Virus record (IMG/VR): IMGVR_UViG_3300032315_001657
Coordinates: 1 to 64,000 of that record
Source of the DNA: a virus
Strand: one strand, 5' to 3'
Length of the DNA stretch: 64,000 nucleotides
Made by a program: the position numbers and the translations under genes. Below, one piece after another: positions 1-8,314 of the stretch. The notes beneath the pieces were generated by a model that did not search any database, was not told where the DNA came from, and saw nothing but the letters and a program-made list of their open reading frames with translations. Each line of letters begins with the position of its first letter. Position 1 is the stretch's first letter.

Positions 1-12
1 ATACTTTTAACA

Positions 13-258
13 ATGAAGAAAGAGTTCAAACCCATTGTCTATCTCGGCTATAAGATCGAGCAAGTCATTAACAAAAACCCCTATCTGTTCTATGGAGCTT
101 GGACCTACCCCGAGAACCACCCTAAGCGCAGGGTGGGTAAGAAGGTCTACGCAGTCGAATGGGCCGATAAGATGGAAGGGTACTGCTACGAAACTTACTA
201 CTATTCATCTCTAGCATTTGCAAAAAGGTCTATCAAACTCTGGCGACGGAACAAATAA
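13..258 (+). CDS. hypothetical protein
   Basis: 81-aa ORF, ATG start, co-oriented with neighbours; no recognisable motif. Confidence 0.6.
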   Translation: MKKEFKPIVYLGYKIEQVINKNPYLFYGAWTYPENHPKRRVGKKVYAVEWADKMEGYCYETYYYSSLAFAKRSIKLWRRNK

Positions 259-261
259 TTT

Positions 262-558
262 ATGAGTACAAAGAGAACCCTAGAAGAGGATATGTCGTTG
301 AGGTTTATTCATCTCATCTACGACATACTAAACAAACACACCGTTAAACGCTTCACCTACTATCATGATTCGTATGTGGAGGACGATGTCACAGTGCATA
401 TGCACAAGTTTAAGCGTAAGGGTATTGTATCCTTTAAAAGGCTTAAAGAGCTCTGCAATCATTTAGAACAAGAAGGCATTAAAGGCTTCAAGCCTACTTC
501 GGCCAAGACTGAGTCCTATTCTGGCATCGTCCTCTATCACAAGGTAAAGAACAAGTAG
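262..558 (+). CDS. hypothetical protein
   Basis: 98-aa ORF packed 3 nt after the previous stop. Confidence 0.6.
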   Translation: MSTKRTLEEDMSLRFIHLIYDILNKHTVKRFTYYHDSYVEDDVTVHMHKFKRKGIVSFKRLKELCNHLEQEGIKGFKPTSAKTESYSGIVLYHKVKNK

Positions 559-560
559 TA

Positions 561-713
561 ATGGATGAACTGATTACCCCGGAAGAGCTCCGAGCTCATG
601 AAGCTTTGATCAAAAAAATTCGGGCCGAAGAGCCGACTCGTTCTTGTGATATGGTCCGGGCCTGGATGAAGCTCAATATTGAGTCCTCTATGACCAGGGT
701 CTGGAATAACTAG
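561..713 (+). CDS. small hypothetical protein (not in ORF track)
   Basis: ATG 561 to TAG 713, MDELITPEELRAHE..., fills the gap between ORFs. Confidence 0.45.
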   Translation: MDELITPEELRAHEALIKKIRAEEPTRSCDMVRAWMKLNIESSMTRVWNN

Positions 714-733
714 TTCTAGAATAAATAAAAGAT

Positions 734-1006
734 ATGAAGAAGAAGGATCAAGAACTAATAGCTGAGGCTTATAATAAGGTCCTTAATAAACAAACATCTG
801 AAGTTTTTAATATTGGGGACGAGCTTAGTAAACTTTATGTTCAGCTTGGGCCGGAAATTAAGACTAAGTCAGGTGCTGAAGTAGCAGAAATAGTAAAGAT
901 GATTATAGATGAATTAAAGAAGACTGTTGACGATCACAAACGTTCTGCTGATTCAGAACCTGGGGAGACTTTGCAATCCCTTTTAAGTAAGCTAACAGTA
1001 GATTGA
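734..1006 (+). CDS. hypothetical protein, KDQxLxAExY N-terminal family
   Basis: MKKKDQELIAEAYNKVL; TAAATA at 722-727 just upstream. Confidence 0.7.
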   Translation: MKKKDQELIAEAYNKVLNKQTSEVFNIGDELSKLYVQLGPEIKTKSGAEVAEIVKMIIDELKKTVDDHKRSADSEPGETLQSLLSKLTVD

Positions 1007-1035
1007 TAAAGAACTAATAGCCGAATATTACTAAT

Positions 1036-1368
1036 ATGAAGTTCAATAAGATAGCTGATTCTATTCTTAAAGAAGAAGTACTGAGTGGTACTTTATATCT
1101 TTTAAAATGGTCTGAGCCTTATGAAGGGGACGTGATATACGGAATTTACGATTCAAAAGAGAATGCTGGAAAAGCCTTACTGCATGCATTAAAAGAAGAT
1201 CCGTCTGAAAAAGATAGCTTAACAGTTGTAGCTGTGCCGTTAAATCCTTCTGAGCCGAACTGGGGTTATATTATCAATAAAAGTCAAAAAGTAGATATGT
1301 CTTACGAAGGTTGGAATATAGATAGTGATACAAAGGATGCTTTTCGCGGTGTAGCTGATCAGCTATAG
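1036..1368 (+). CDS. hypothetical protein, shared C-terminal motif family
   Basis: ends DSDTKDAFRGVADQL, like ORFs 1379, 2211, 2599 and 2987. Confidence 0.7.
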   Translation: MKFNKIADSILKEEVLSGTLYLLKWSEPYEGDVIYGIYDSKENAGKALLHALKEDPSEKDSLTVVAVPLNPSEPNWGYIINKSQKVDMSYEGWNIDSDTKDAFRGVADQL

Positions 1369-1378
1369 AGGATTAAAT

Positions 1379-1843
1379 ATGTCTATGCTACGTAGAGATG
1401 TAAGACTTCTTATAGAGGCCTATAAATCAATTGATAATAAGAGAGATTACAAGCCGGTAGATAAACAGTTTATTTACTTCCCGGATCAGGATGCGGTATA
1501 TCTTAATCCAAAAGATAATCCTAACGCCGGTCAGCACCTAGGTAATGGCTCTTGGGCTAGAAAAGAATTAGATTTAGATGCCTGGGAAAAGGTTAGGGTA
1601 GCTGTTGGAGAGGACATTGTAACGGTTAAAGAAGTCCTTCCTATGTCTATAGGGAAGCCTTTACCGGAATGGTTAAAGAGTGTACCATACATAGATGAAG
1701 ATGAACAATGGCGTTGGTACTTTGTGCCAGATGTATTCCCTAAAGAGCATTCATTCGAGGCCTATATACCCTATGAGATAGATAAATACAAGGTGGACAG
1801 AGATACAAAAGATGCCTGGAGGGAGGTTATCGGTGAACTTTGA
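1379..1843 (+). CDS. hypothetical protein, shared C-terminal motif family
   Basis: ends DRDTKDAWREVIGEL. Confidence 0.7.
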   Translation: MSMLRRDVRLLIEAYKSIDNKRDYKPVDKQFIYFPDQDAVYLNPKDNPNAGQHLGNGSWARKELDLDAWEKVRVAVGEDIVTVKEVLPMSIGKPLPEWLKSVPYIDEDEQWRWYFVPDVFPKEHSFEAYIPYEIDKYKVDRDTKDAWREVIGEL

Positions 1844-1874
1844 CAAATTAGCTAATACAATCTTCGAAGGTTAA
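1833..1874 (+). pseudogene. truncated copy of the 5' end of ORF 2599
   Basis: GTGAACTTTGACAAATTAGCTAATACAATCTTCGAAGGTTAA (xNFDKLANTIFEG*) versus ATGAACTTTGATCAGTTAGTTAATACAATCTTCGAAGGTGAA at 2599. Confidence 0.6.
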
Positions 1875-1932
1875 AAGGATGAACGGGATCTATTAATATA
1901 TCCTAGTCTTCATTTTTGATTAATTATTAACA

Positions 1933-2214
1933 ATGAATAAAGATCAAAGACTTTTAGCTGAGCAGTATGAACTAGTTTTGACTCAAGAGGCTACTATTTT
2001 TGATTTTCCTTCTTATAATTCTAAAATACAAGAAAAAGATTTCTATCAATTGATAGATAGAAATTTTCAAAATAACAAAGAAAAGATCTTTAAACAATTT
2101 GAGGCTTTTAGACAAGGTATAATGGATAAAAGTATTAATAAAGTATCCAATCCCTATAGTATAGACACGTTTGGATATTATTTGTATAATTTAGCTACAG
2201 GTAATAAAAGATGA
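1933..2214 (+). CDS. hypothetical protein, MNKDQxLLAE family
   Basis: MNKDQRLLAEQY; ATGA overlap with the next gene. Confidence 0.7.
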   Translation: MNKDQRLLAEQYELVLTQEATIFDFPSYNSKIQEKDFYQLIDRNFQNNKEKIFKQFEAFRQGIMDKSINKVSNPYSIDTFGYYLYNLATGNKR

Positions 2215-2609
2215 ATAAAGATCAAAAAATTCTCGCCGAGAAATATAATCAAATTTTGTTTGAAGGAGATACAGAACCATATGTACTTTTTCTTTTTTAT
2301 GATCACAAAGAGCATACGAGTAAAGACATTTATTATAAAATAGTTCCTAAAAATGATTTAAGACCTAGTGAAAGAAAAAAATATGATGAAATAGGCTGGA
2401 CACATAATAATCCAAATGGTACAAAGACTCGTCGTAAAGATGGTTATGAAAGTTCTATTTGTTTTATTGAAGGGCCTAAGCGGGTACTCGAACGCTCGCT
2501 TAAAGCTCAACGGGAATATGGAGAAGAGATGGGTGAGATTTATAAACCTATGTTAAAGCTAGATAAAGAGACAGAACAACAATGGGGAGGTATAGTGGAT
2601 GAACTTTGA
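2211..2609 (+). CDS. hypothetical protein, MNKDQxLLAE family with shared C-terminal motif
   Basis: MNKDQKILAEKY...QQWGGIVDEL. Confidence 0.7.
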   Translation: MNKDQKILAEKYNQILFEGDTEPYVLFLFYDHKEHTSKDIYYKIVPKNDLRPSERKKYDEIGWTHNNPNGTKTRRKDGYESSICFIEGPKRVLERSLKAQREYGEEMGEIYKPMLKLDKETEQQWGGIVDEL

Positions 2610-2997
2610 TCAGTTAGTTAATACAATCTTCGAAGGTGAAAGGGAGGAATGGGTGTTGTTTGCTGAAATGTTTGATAAAGATGAAGACCTCTGTGTATGT
2701 AAATTAAAGCAGTACAAATATCTAACTAAAGAAGAGAGAGCTTTAATTAAAAAATCTAAAGATAATAGTTACACATTAAACTCTTTTCAGAAACAAGATG
2801 GTATACGGTCCCGAGAATACTTCCCTCCGGGTAGAATTAGTAAAAGCCGTACTGAGATCTATATAGGGCCTAAGAAGGCATTAGAAGAAGAGATGGAACT
2901 TTTTAAAGAAACATACCCTCATTTTAAGCAATTATCGGCCTTAAACTTAGAACCAGAAGTTAAACAATCTTGGGAGGATATTATTAATGAACTTTGA
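2599..2997 (+). CDS. hypothetical protein, MNFD family
   Basis: MNFDQLVNTIFE...QSWEDIINEL. Confidence 0.7.
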   Translation: MNFDQLVNTIFEGEREEWVLFAEMFDKDEDLCVCKLKQYKYLTKEERALIKKSKDNSYTLNSFQKQDGIRSREYFPPGRISKSRTEIYIGPKKALEEEMELFKETYPHFKQLSALNLEPEVKQSWEDIINEL

Positions 2998-3364
2998 TGA
3001 GATAGTATTAGAGGCTTTGAGAGATGAATGGGTTATTATCCTAGAATTTACTTTAGTAGGTACAGATCAGGAAGAAGAAACCGATAGTGAGATAACATAC
3101 ACTATGAAGAAAGTAAAGGATCTAACACCAGAAGAACTAGAAAAAATAAAAACTCTTGATCCGTTTAAAGGTTTTGCTAGATATAAAACAGCATTCAGCA
3201 GGACAAGTGATGACGGTCTTCCTATCTTGGCCTTCTTTGATACAAAAAAGAAAGTAGAATGGATATTGTGGTACTATAAACAAACTGGTAATAAAATGTC
3301 ACCAAAGATAGAATTACCAAAAGATGTAGAACCGTATTGGAAGGGGATTGTAGATGAAATTTAA
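2987..3364 (+). CDS. hypothetical protein, MNFD family
   Basis: MNFDEIVLEAL...PYWKGIVDEI. Confidence 0.7.
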   Translation: MNFDEIVLEALRDEWVIILEFTLVGTDQEEETDSEITYTMKKVKDLTPEELEKIKTLDPFKGFARYKTAFSRTSDDGLPILAFFDTKKKVEWILWYYKQTGNKMSPKIELPKDVEPYWKGIVDEI

Positions 3365-3366
3365 GC

Positions 3367-3395
3367 TTGTAGTACCGGGCCGGTTCCTTTACTAT
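3367..3395 (+). promoter_or_regulatory. sigma70-like promoter with GGTTCC spacer element
   Basis: TTGTAG-17 nt (contains GGTTCC)-TACTAT; ATG 7 nt downstream. Confidence 0.55.
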
Positions 3396-3402
3396 TAGAG
3401 GT

Positions 3403-3537
3403 ATGATGTGTGTTGATAACGTTTACGGAACTTGGGCCGGAGAGCCCGCTAATGAAGATAACCTTCTTTTGGAGCAAGAATTAGAGTATGAGACCATTGC
3501 CCCTTATGGCTCAGAGAATATTGACGAGGGGTATTAA
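3403..3537 (+). CDS. small acidic hypothetical protein (not in ORF track)
   Basis: 44-aa ORF MMCVDNVYGTWAGE...DEGY directly behind the promoter. Confidence 0.5.
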   Translation: MMCVDNVYGTWAGEPANEDNLLLEQELEYETIAPYGSENIDEGY

Positions 3538-3541
3538 GTCT

Positions 3542-4207
3542 TTAGATATCTAAGCTCTTAAGCTCCGCTCTACCCTTCCCGTTAATCTTGCAGTACGTAA
3601 TGGGTAGGTCACATTGGGACCCTAGGTTTATGCACTCTACTCCGTGAAGAGTATTATGTAAAGGAATGTGAGTATGACCAAAAACCACAACGTCATACCC
3701 ATGATTACTAGCGTATTTGCAAACCCTCTCAGATATTTTTTTAGCTGCTCCATGCCAGGACTTTATCTTTCTTTTAATTATTCTAGTATACTTTTGTTTT
3801 TTGTCCAGCTTTTGTAAGAAGTAATAAAGACCGGAGGCTAGCTCTGTAAGGAAAGGTTTAAGCTGTATAATATAGTCCCATCTATCACCATGAACAAAGT
3901 AAAACTTCTTTGTACCGATTACCTCAATATGCTCTTCCTTAAAGTCAAAGCCTAAGAGAGCTGATATCATATCCAGGCCCTTATCATGGTTACCCTTTAT
4001 AAAGATGCATTCTTTCTTCTTAGATATCTTTCTCAGAGCTGACAGCACCTTCCATTGCTTCTTACAGAGTCTATGGATGTTGTATGAGTCTAGGATATCC
4101 CCGCAGATAATAAGCTTATCGTACTTTTCTTCTTCCAGGAGCTTAAGAGTTAGTTCGGCCTGGCACACCGGTGAACCTAAATGAATATCGGATAAACAGA
4201 GTATCAT
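3542..4207 (-). CDS. calcineurin-like metallophosphoesterase (LpxH-like family)
   Basis: motifs SDIHLG, GDILD, GNHD, HGD, GHTH. Confidence 0.85.
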   Translation of the reverse strand: MILCLSDIHLGSPVCQAELTLKLLEEEKYDKLIICGDILDSYNIHRLCKKQWKVLSALRKISKKKECIFIKGNHDKGLDMISALLGFDFKEEHIEVIGTKKFYFVHGDRWDYIIQLKPFLTELASGLYYFLQKLDKKQKYTRIIKRKIKSWHGAAKKISERVCKYASNHGYDVVVFGHTHIPLHNTLHGVECINLGSQCDLPITYCKINGKGRAELKSLDI

Positions 4208-4562
4208 TCTATAGTATTTATAAGAAAGTTATTGCCCTTCCATTAGGTTCATCTAATATAGAAACAATGAGAGATTACATCCGACTTATTACCTGGACCG
4301 GTATACTACTTTGGTGTCTTATTTTTTGGCTCTTTGTTATTAATCAGGCCTGGGATTGATAAATATGAATATGAGACAGCTCCTTAAAAAGATAAACAGA
4401 GCGGCTCTAGAGTGCTCAGTGGCTATTTCCCAAGAAAACGCTCTTAAAAACGTCACTGATGACGACGTAGATGGACTAGCTGAAGCCATTGAACTGCTTA
4501 ATGATATTTACGAAGAGCTTTATAACAAGGTGTTTGAAGAGACTCCAGAAGATTAATAATTT

Positions 4563-4769
4563 ATGACCGCTAAAGCCAAGCCATCAAAACAACCATCTTC
4601 TTCGACCTATATACCCTATTCAGATTGGTCTGAAGGGGTTATTAAGAGTATTAAATCTCTTTCTGATGAATGTTTAGATAGGTTTAAAGAGGACAAGAAG
4701 ATCAATACTGAAATTCTTAAAATGCTCTCTAAGCTCCAAGCTTTGGTAGAAAAAAAGTATTACGAATAA
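4563..4769 (+). CDS. hypothetical protein
   Basis: 68-aa ORF in a co-oriented run. Confidence 0.55.
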   Translation: MTAKAKPSKQPSSSTYIPYSDWSEGVIKSIKSLSDECLDRFKEDKKINTEILKMLSKLQALVEKKYYE

Positions 4770-4786
4770 GAGCTTAAATAGCTTAT

Positions 4787-4984
4787 ATGAGTTTTAAGCA
4801 CCACTGGGCTTTAGAAAATAATAAAGAGGTATTAGAAGAAAAAAAGCGAAAGCGGAAGAAGGCTAAGAAGAAACGTTCTTCCAAATACTATGGTTGGGGG
4901 TATGTTGGGTATGGGTATCCAGGTATGTATGATGGAATAGATGATGCAGGAGGAGCTGGTGATGGTGGTGGGGGAGGAGAATAA
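4787..4984 (+). CDS. small basic/Gly-rich hypothetical protein
   Basis: poly-K/R stretch, then GY-rich and Gly-rich tail; TAAATA 4775-4780 upstream. Confidence 0.6.
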   Translation: MSFKHHWALENNKEVLEEKKRKRKKAKKKRSSKYYGWGYVGYGYPGMYDGIDDAGGAGDGGGGGE

Positions 4985-4993
4985 ATACAATAT

Positions 4994-5203
4994 ATGAATA
5001 AATTTAACGAGGTAGCCCAGACAGTTCTTAAAGAAGAAATAGATCCAAAAATCGGATCACACTACAAACAAATTTCTGATATTCTTTCTAAAAAGGGTTT
5101 AAAGGCTTTTGAGCAAAATGAAGTAATGGACGTAGTTCAGAAGGCTATTAAGCTGGCCTTTAACGAAGGTTATAAAGCTGCAGAAAAGAATCCCTTTAAA
5201 TGA
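4994..5203 (+). CDS. hypothetical protein
   Basis: MNKFNEVAQTVLKEE; TAAATA 4982-4987 upstream. Confidence 0.6.
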   Translation: MNKFNEVAQTVLKEEIDPKIGSHYKQISDILSKKGLKAFEQNEVMDVVQKAIKLAFNEGYKAAEKNPFK

Positions 5204-5376
5204 TCTCATTTACTGATTTATACAATTTGGTTATCGGGGAGAAGAAAAATAAAGAGCTGTCTGGCTACGATTACTACAAGATGATTCGTAGGTCCACCCC
5301 TCCTACGGGCACCGCTTTTAGAGACAAAAAGAAGTATAATCGTAAAGACAAGCACAAGGGTAGTTATAACGATTAA
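5200..5376 (+). CDS. small basic hypothetical protein (not in ORF track)
   Basis: ATGA overlap with the previous stop; MISFTDLYNLVIGE...FRDKKKYNRKDKHKGSYND. Confidence 0.55.
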   Translation: MISFTDLYNLVIGEKKNKELSGYDYYKMIRRSTPPTGTAFRDKKKYNRKDKHKGSYND

Positions 5377-5420
5377 TATATTTGTTGCTTGTTTGTAGGT
5401 TTAGTTTATACTTGGTTTAA

Positions 5421-5645
5421 ATGAAGATCGATAAACTGAGGTTCAGAGGTAAAACAATTGGGGTAGTTATTATACCTCGTATGACTCAAACTAAAGGTAA
5501 TGAACCTACCTATTCTTGTGACCTTGAGATAACAGGCTGGAAGGGTAAAATGAGTGCAGAGGACTTTCAATCTTTAAAGAAGTACCTAAAAGATGAAGGC
5601 TATATTGAACAGGCCTATGAAGTCTTTAATGTTGTTAAAGAGTAA
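5421..5645 (+). CDS. hypothetical protein
   Basis: 74-aa ORF after a TATACT -10-like box. Confidence 0.55.
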   Translation: MKIDKLRFRGKTIGVVIIPRMTQTKGNEPTYSCDLEITGWKGKMSAEDFQSLKKYLKDEGYIEQAYEVFNVVKE

Positions 5646-5686
5646 TTTTAGTAACTTTTAAAGGCCTGTTCGTATAAATATAATAT

Positions 5687-6439
5687 ATGAATAAAGACGC
5701 CGAACTTTTGGCCGAGGCTTATCAAAAAGTGCTCGAAGAAGCTAAACATTGTAAAGCAGCTATGGAAGGCTGTGACTGTGATGATTGTGAAGAATGTGAA
5801 GAGAATCAAACAGTAAGCGAAGCCAAGAAGTCTAAAAAGCCAGATGCAGATGGAGACGGGGTACCTGATTGGGCTGATAAAAAGTCCGGCAAAGATGATA
5901 ATGCCGATAAAAAAGGTAAACTTACTCAAGCAGAAAATAGAGAGCGTTTTAAAAAAATGGTAGCCGGTAAAAAGAAGTCAATGCATAAAGAAAATGCTGA
6001 AATGGGCCAGGCTTACGAAACAATTTTAGAGTTTAAACAAATCAATAAAAAATTTGCGCGCCGTTATAACAAAGTTACTGCCGCCATGCTTAAAGCTCAA
6101 CCCGGTTCAGAAGAGTACGGAGCTTTAAAAACAGAGAGAGAGGATTTGGTAGCTATTCTTAGAGACCATGATCAGACTCCAAAAGATCTTGAGGCTTACT
6201 TAGTAAAGAAAGAAAAGAGTAACCCTCTTCCTGATGTACAAGATCCTCAGACAGCTAATCAGTATAGAGATAGTTCATATTCTGATACTGCTGATATCCC
6301 TTCAGCTGAAAATGAATATGAGGCAGACATGCACGCACCTCAATCAGAAGTTGCTCAAATGCCTCCTGATGCTCCAGCTCCTCAAGAAGTTAGAGCTGCT
6401 CAAGCATCTACAAGTCAGTATATCACAAGAAACGCTTGA
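5687..6439 (+). CDS. hypothetical late protein with Cys cluster and DxDGDG loop
   Basis: MNKDAELLAEAY N-terminus, CxxxxxxCxCxxCxxC, PDADGDGVPDWAD; perfect TATAAATA at 5673-5680. Confidence 0.7.
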   Translation: MNKDAELLAEAYQKVLEEAKHCKAAMEGCDCDDCEECEENQTVSEAKKSKKPDADGDGVPDWADKKSGKDDNADKKGKLTQAENRERFKKMVAGKKKSMHKENAEMGQAYETILEFKQINKKFARRYNKVTAAMLKAQPGSEEYGALKTEREDLVAILRDHDQTPKDLEAYLVKKEKSNPLPDVQDPQTANQYRDSSYSDTADIPSAENEYEADMHAPQSEVAQMPPDAPAPQEVRAAQASTSQYITRNA

Positions 6440-6651
6440 TTTAATTTAAAGGTTCCGGTACTATAGGTGTAATGAAACACCTAAATGATTCCGAGAAGTA
6501 CTTCGAAGTTCGTGGTACTTTAGAGTTTGTACTCCGTGCTCTTCGTTCTGTTTATAACGAAGGTATGTTTAATTCAGCACAAAAGCGCTATATTTTTAAT
6601 CTTCTTAAAGAAGGAGATACATCCATTCGGAAAGTTTCTGAATAAAAACTC

Positions 6652-6705
6652 TTGCTTTCAAATAAGGTTCCTGTAATATTAGAACATCAATCCGAAAGGA
6701 GGTGA
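6652..6705 (+). promoter_or_regulatory. sigma70-like promoter plus strong Shine-Dalgarno
   Basis: TTGCTT-16 nt (GGTTCC)-TAATAT, then GAAAGGAGGTGA ahead of ATG 6714. Confidence 0.65.
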
Positions 6706-6713
6706 AATTAAAA

Positions 6714-7070
6714 ATGAACGAAACAAACACAATTAAAATCGAACGTAAGGCCGACGGTACTGTTGGTCGTGTTAAAGAAGGTAAGCGTCGTGGGCGTCCG
6801 GCTGGTTCCGGTAACCCGACTCTTAAGCTGGTCTGTCAGGTCACGAGCAAATCTCGCGCCACCAACCAGAACTACCTTAACGCTAAAGCCGCTCGCTTGG
6901 GAGTTTCTGTTGATGAAATTATCAACAATTATGTTTCCAAGGAAGGCCTTAAGCAGCTGCAAAACGATCAGACGATTGCTACCGATCGTAAGGAGCAATT
7001 GATCCGAGTCAATGGCGGTACCCGTCAGCGTACTGAGCAGACTGTGGAGCTTAAAAAGGCTGCTAAGTAA
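6714..7070 (+). CDS. basic, putative DNA-binding early protein (AT-hook-like RRGRP)
   Basis: start moved to the ATG behind the SD; KRRGRPAG; codon usage (CGT, GGT, AAC, GCT) unlike the AT-rich neighbours. Confidence 0.65.
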   Translation: MNETNTIKIERKADGTVGRVKEGKRRGRPAGSGNPTLKLVCQVTSKSRATNQNYLNAKAARLGVSVDEIINNYVSKEGLKQLQNDQTIATDRKEQLIRVNGGTRQRTEQTVELKKAAK

Positions 7071-7077
7071 TCATAGA

Positions 7078-7111
7078 GCCGGTGCTAGGCTAAACCCCTG
7101 CACCGGTTTTT
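7078..7111 (+). terminator. rho-independent terminator
   Basis: GCCGGTGC...GCACCGGT followed by TTTT. Confidence 0.75.
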
Positions 7112-7140
7112 CTAATTTTAAAATAAATAATTTTCTAAAT

Positions 7141-7728
7141 ATGTCCGAAAAATTAAGTCGGAATACTGTATTAGTTCTCAATAAAAATTGGCAAGCTGTA
7201 GGGATTAAATCCCCAGCAGATACCTTTGCCATGCTTATGACTGATACAGCAACAGGTCTAGATATTAGAGGTACGGACTATATGGTACCACTTTGCTGGA
7301 ATGATTGGACGCAATTACCAATTAATGAAGAAGATGAGTTCGTACAAACAGTTAATTCTAAAATAAAAATTCCTAAAGTTATTATTTTAGCAAAGTTTGA
7401 TAGAGTACCAAAAAAACGACCTAGGTTTTCTCAAAAAAATGTTTGGATTAGAGATGGTTATACCTGTCAGTATACAGGGAAGAAGCTTAAACCCGGAGAG
7501 GGTAATATTGATCACATTGTTCCGAAATCTCGTGGAGGGATTACTGATTGGACAAATTGTGTACTAGCTTGTAAAAAAGTTAATGCTAAAAAAGCTGATG
7601 CTACACCTGAAGAGATAGGTCTTAGGTTGCTCAAAAAACCTGAACCTCCAAAAGAGCTTCCTATCTATCATTATATTACTAACAGACACAAGATAAAAGA
7701 GTGGGATATTTTTCTTGCAAAAAATTAA
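7141..7728 (+). CDS. HNH endonuclease (McrA-like)
   Basis: VLVLNKNW, RDGYTCQYTG, IDHIVPKSRGG..W.N.V..C..VN..K; start reassigned to ATG 7141. Confidence 0.85.
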   Translation: MSEKLSRNTVLVLNKNWQAVGIKSPADTFAMLMTDTATGLDIRGTDYMVPLCWNDWTQLPINEEDEFVQTVNSKIKIPKVIILAKFDRVPKKRPRFSQKNVWIRDGYTCQYTGKKLKPGEGNIDHIVPKSRGGITDWTNCVLACKKVNAKKADATPEEIGLRLLKKPEPPKELPIYHYITNRHKIKEWDIFLAKN

Positions 7729-7742
7729 TAAACTACCATAAT
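7715..7742 (+). promoter_or_regulatory. sigma70-like promoter of the tRNA array 1 leader
   Basis: TTGCAA-16 nt-CATAAT. Confidence 0.5.
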
Positions 7743-7759
7743 TAATAGTATATTCAAAA

Positions 7760-7834
7760 ATGAAGCATACAGATACACGCTTGAACATGGCTATTTCGGG
7801 TCTTTCCGGGACCTGGACACCATGTTCTATATAA
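7760..7834 (+). CDS. leader peptide of tRNA array 1 (MKHTDTRLNMAISGLSGTWTPCSI)
   Basis: 24-aa ORF whose TAA lies in attenuator segment 2; contains codons for every elongator amino acid of array 1. Confidence 0.7.
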   Translation: MKHTDTRLNMAISGLSGTWTPCSI

Positions 7835-7898
7835 GCGGGTATCATAATTTTTTAACTTGATAGACCCGCTGAACTCAATAAAATGAGCAGCGGGTTTT
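7772..7898 (+). promoter_or_regulatory. transcription attenuator (protector/antiterminator/terminator)
   Basis: seg1 GATACACGCTT 7772-82 : seg2 AAGCGGGTATC 7833-43; seg2 : seg3 GATAGACCCGCT 7859-70; seg3 ACCCGCTG : seg4 CAGCGGGT 7888-95 + TTT. Confidence 0.7.
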
Positions 7899-7994
7899 AA
7901 ATTCTAAAGGCCTTTTGGAAAGTGAGCCTGAATCACTGAAACAACCACCGTGAATCCGTGGGTACAGAAATGTAGAGGTGTAGGTTCATAAAAA

Positions 7995-8065
7995 GCGGAT
8001 GTGATGTAATGGTAGCCTGGAACCTTGCCAAGGTTTTCGCGAGGGTTCGATTCCCTCTATCCGCT
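7995..8065 (+). tRNA. tRNA-Gly(GCC)
   Basis: cloverleaf; loop TTGCCAA; GGTTCGATTCC T arm. Confidence 0.9.
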
Positions 8066-8075
8066 CATTATTTTC

Positions 8076-8146
8076 GCCTGGTTAGTTTAATGGTAAAACG
8101 GTTGATTTGTAATCATCTGACGTCAGTTCGATTCTGTCACTGGGCT
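8076..8146 (+). tRNA. tRNA-Thr(TGT)
   Basis: loop TTTGTAA; acceptor GCCTGGT/ACTGGGC. Confidence 0.85.
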
Positions 8147-8155
8147 CTTTTTTAT

Positions 8156-8230
8156 GCACCAGAAGCTAAACGGCTAGGCATTGGTCTGCAAAACCTTTAT
8201 TAGTCAGTTCGACTCTGACCTGGTGCTCCA
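8156..8230 (+). tRNA. tRNA-Cys(GCA)
   Basis: loop CTGCAAA; U73 and encoded CCA. Confidence 0.88.
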
Positions 8231-8233
8231 TTT

Positions 8234-8307
8234 CCCTTCTTAGTATAGTAGCATTACAATCGGTTGATAACCGATAGAACAAGGGGCAGTACCTTGAGGA
8301 GGGACCA
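8234..8307 (+). tRNA. tRNA-Ile(GAT), non-canonical D/T loops
   Basis: ATCGG-TTGATAA-CCGAT; T arm CAAGG-GGCAGTA-CCTTG; ACCA end. Confidence 0.8.
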
Positions 8308-8314
8308 ATTTAAA

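Noticed and set aside
7564-7845. 93-aa minus-strand ORF across the array 1 leader
   Set aside because: Antisense to the HNH gene, with no motif; the plus-strand leader and attenuator explain the region better.
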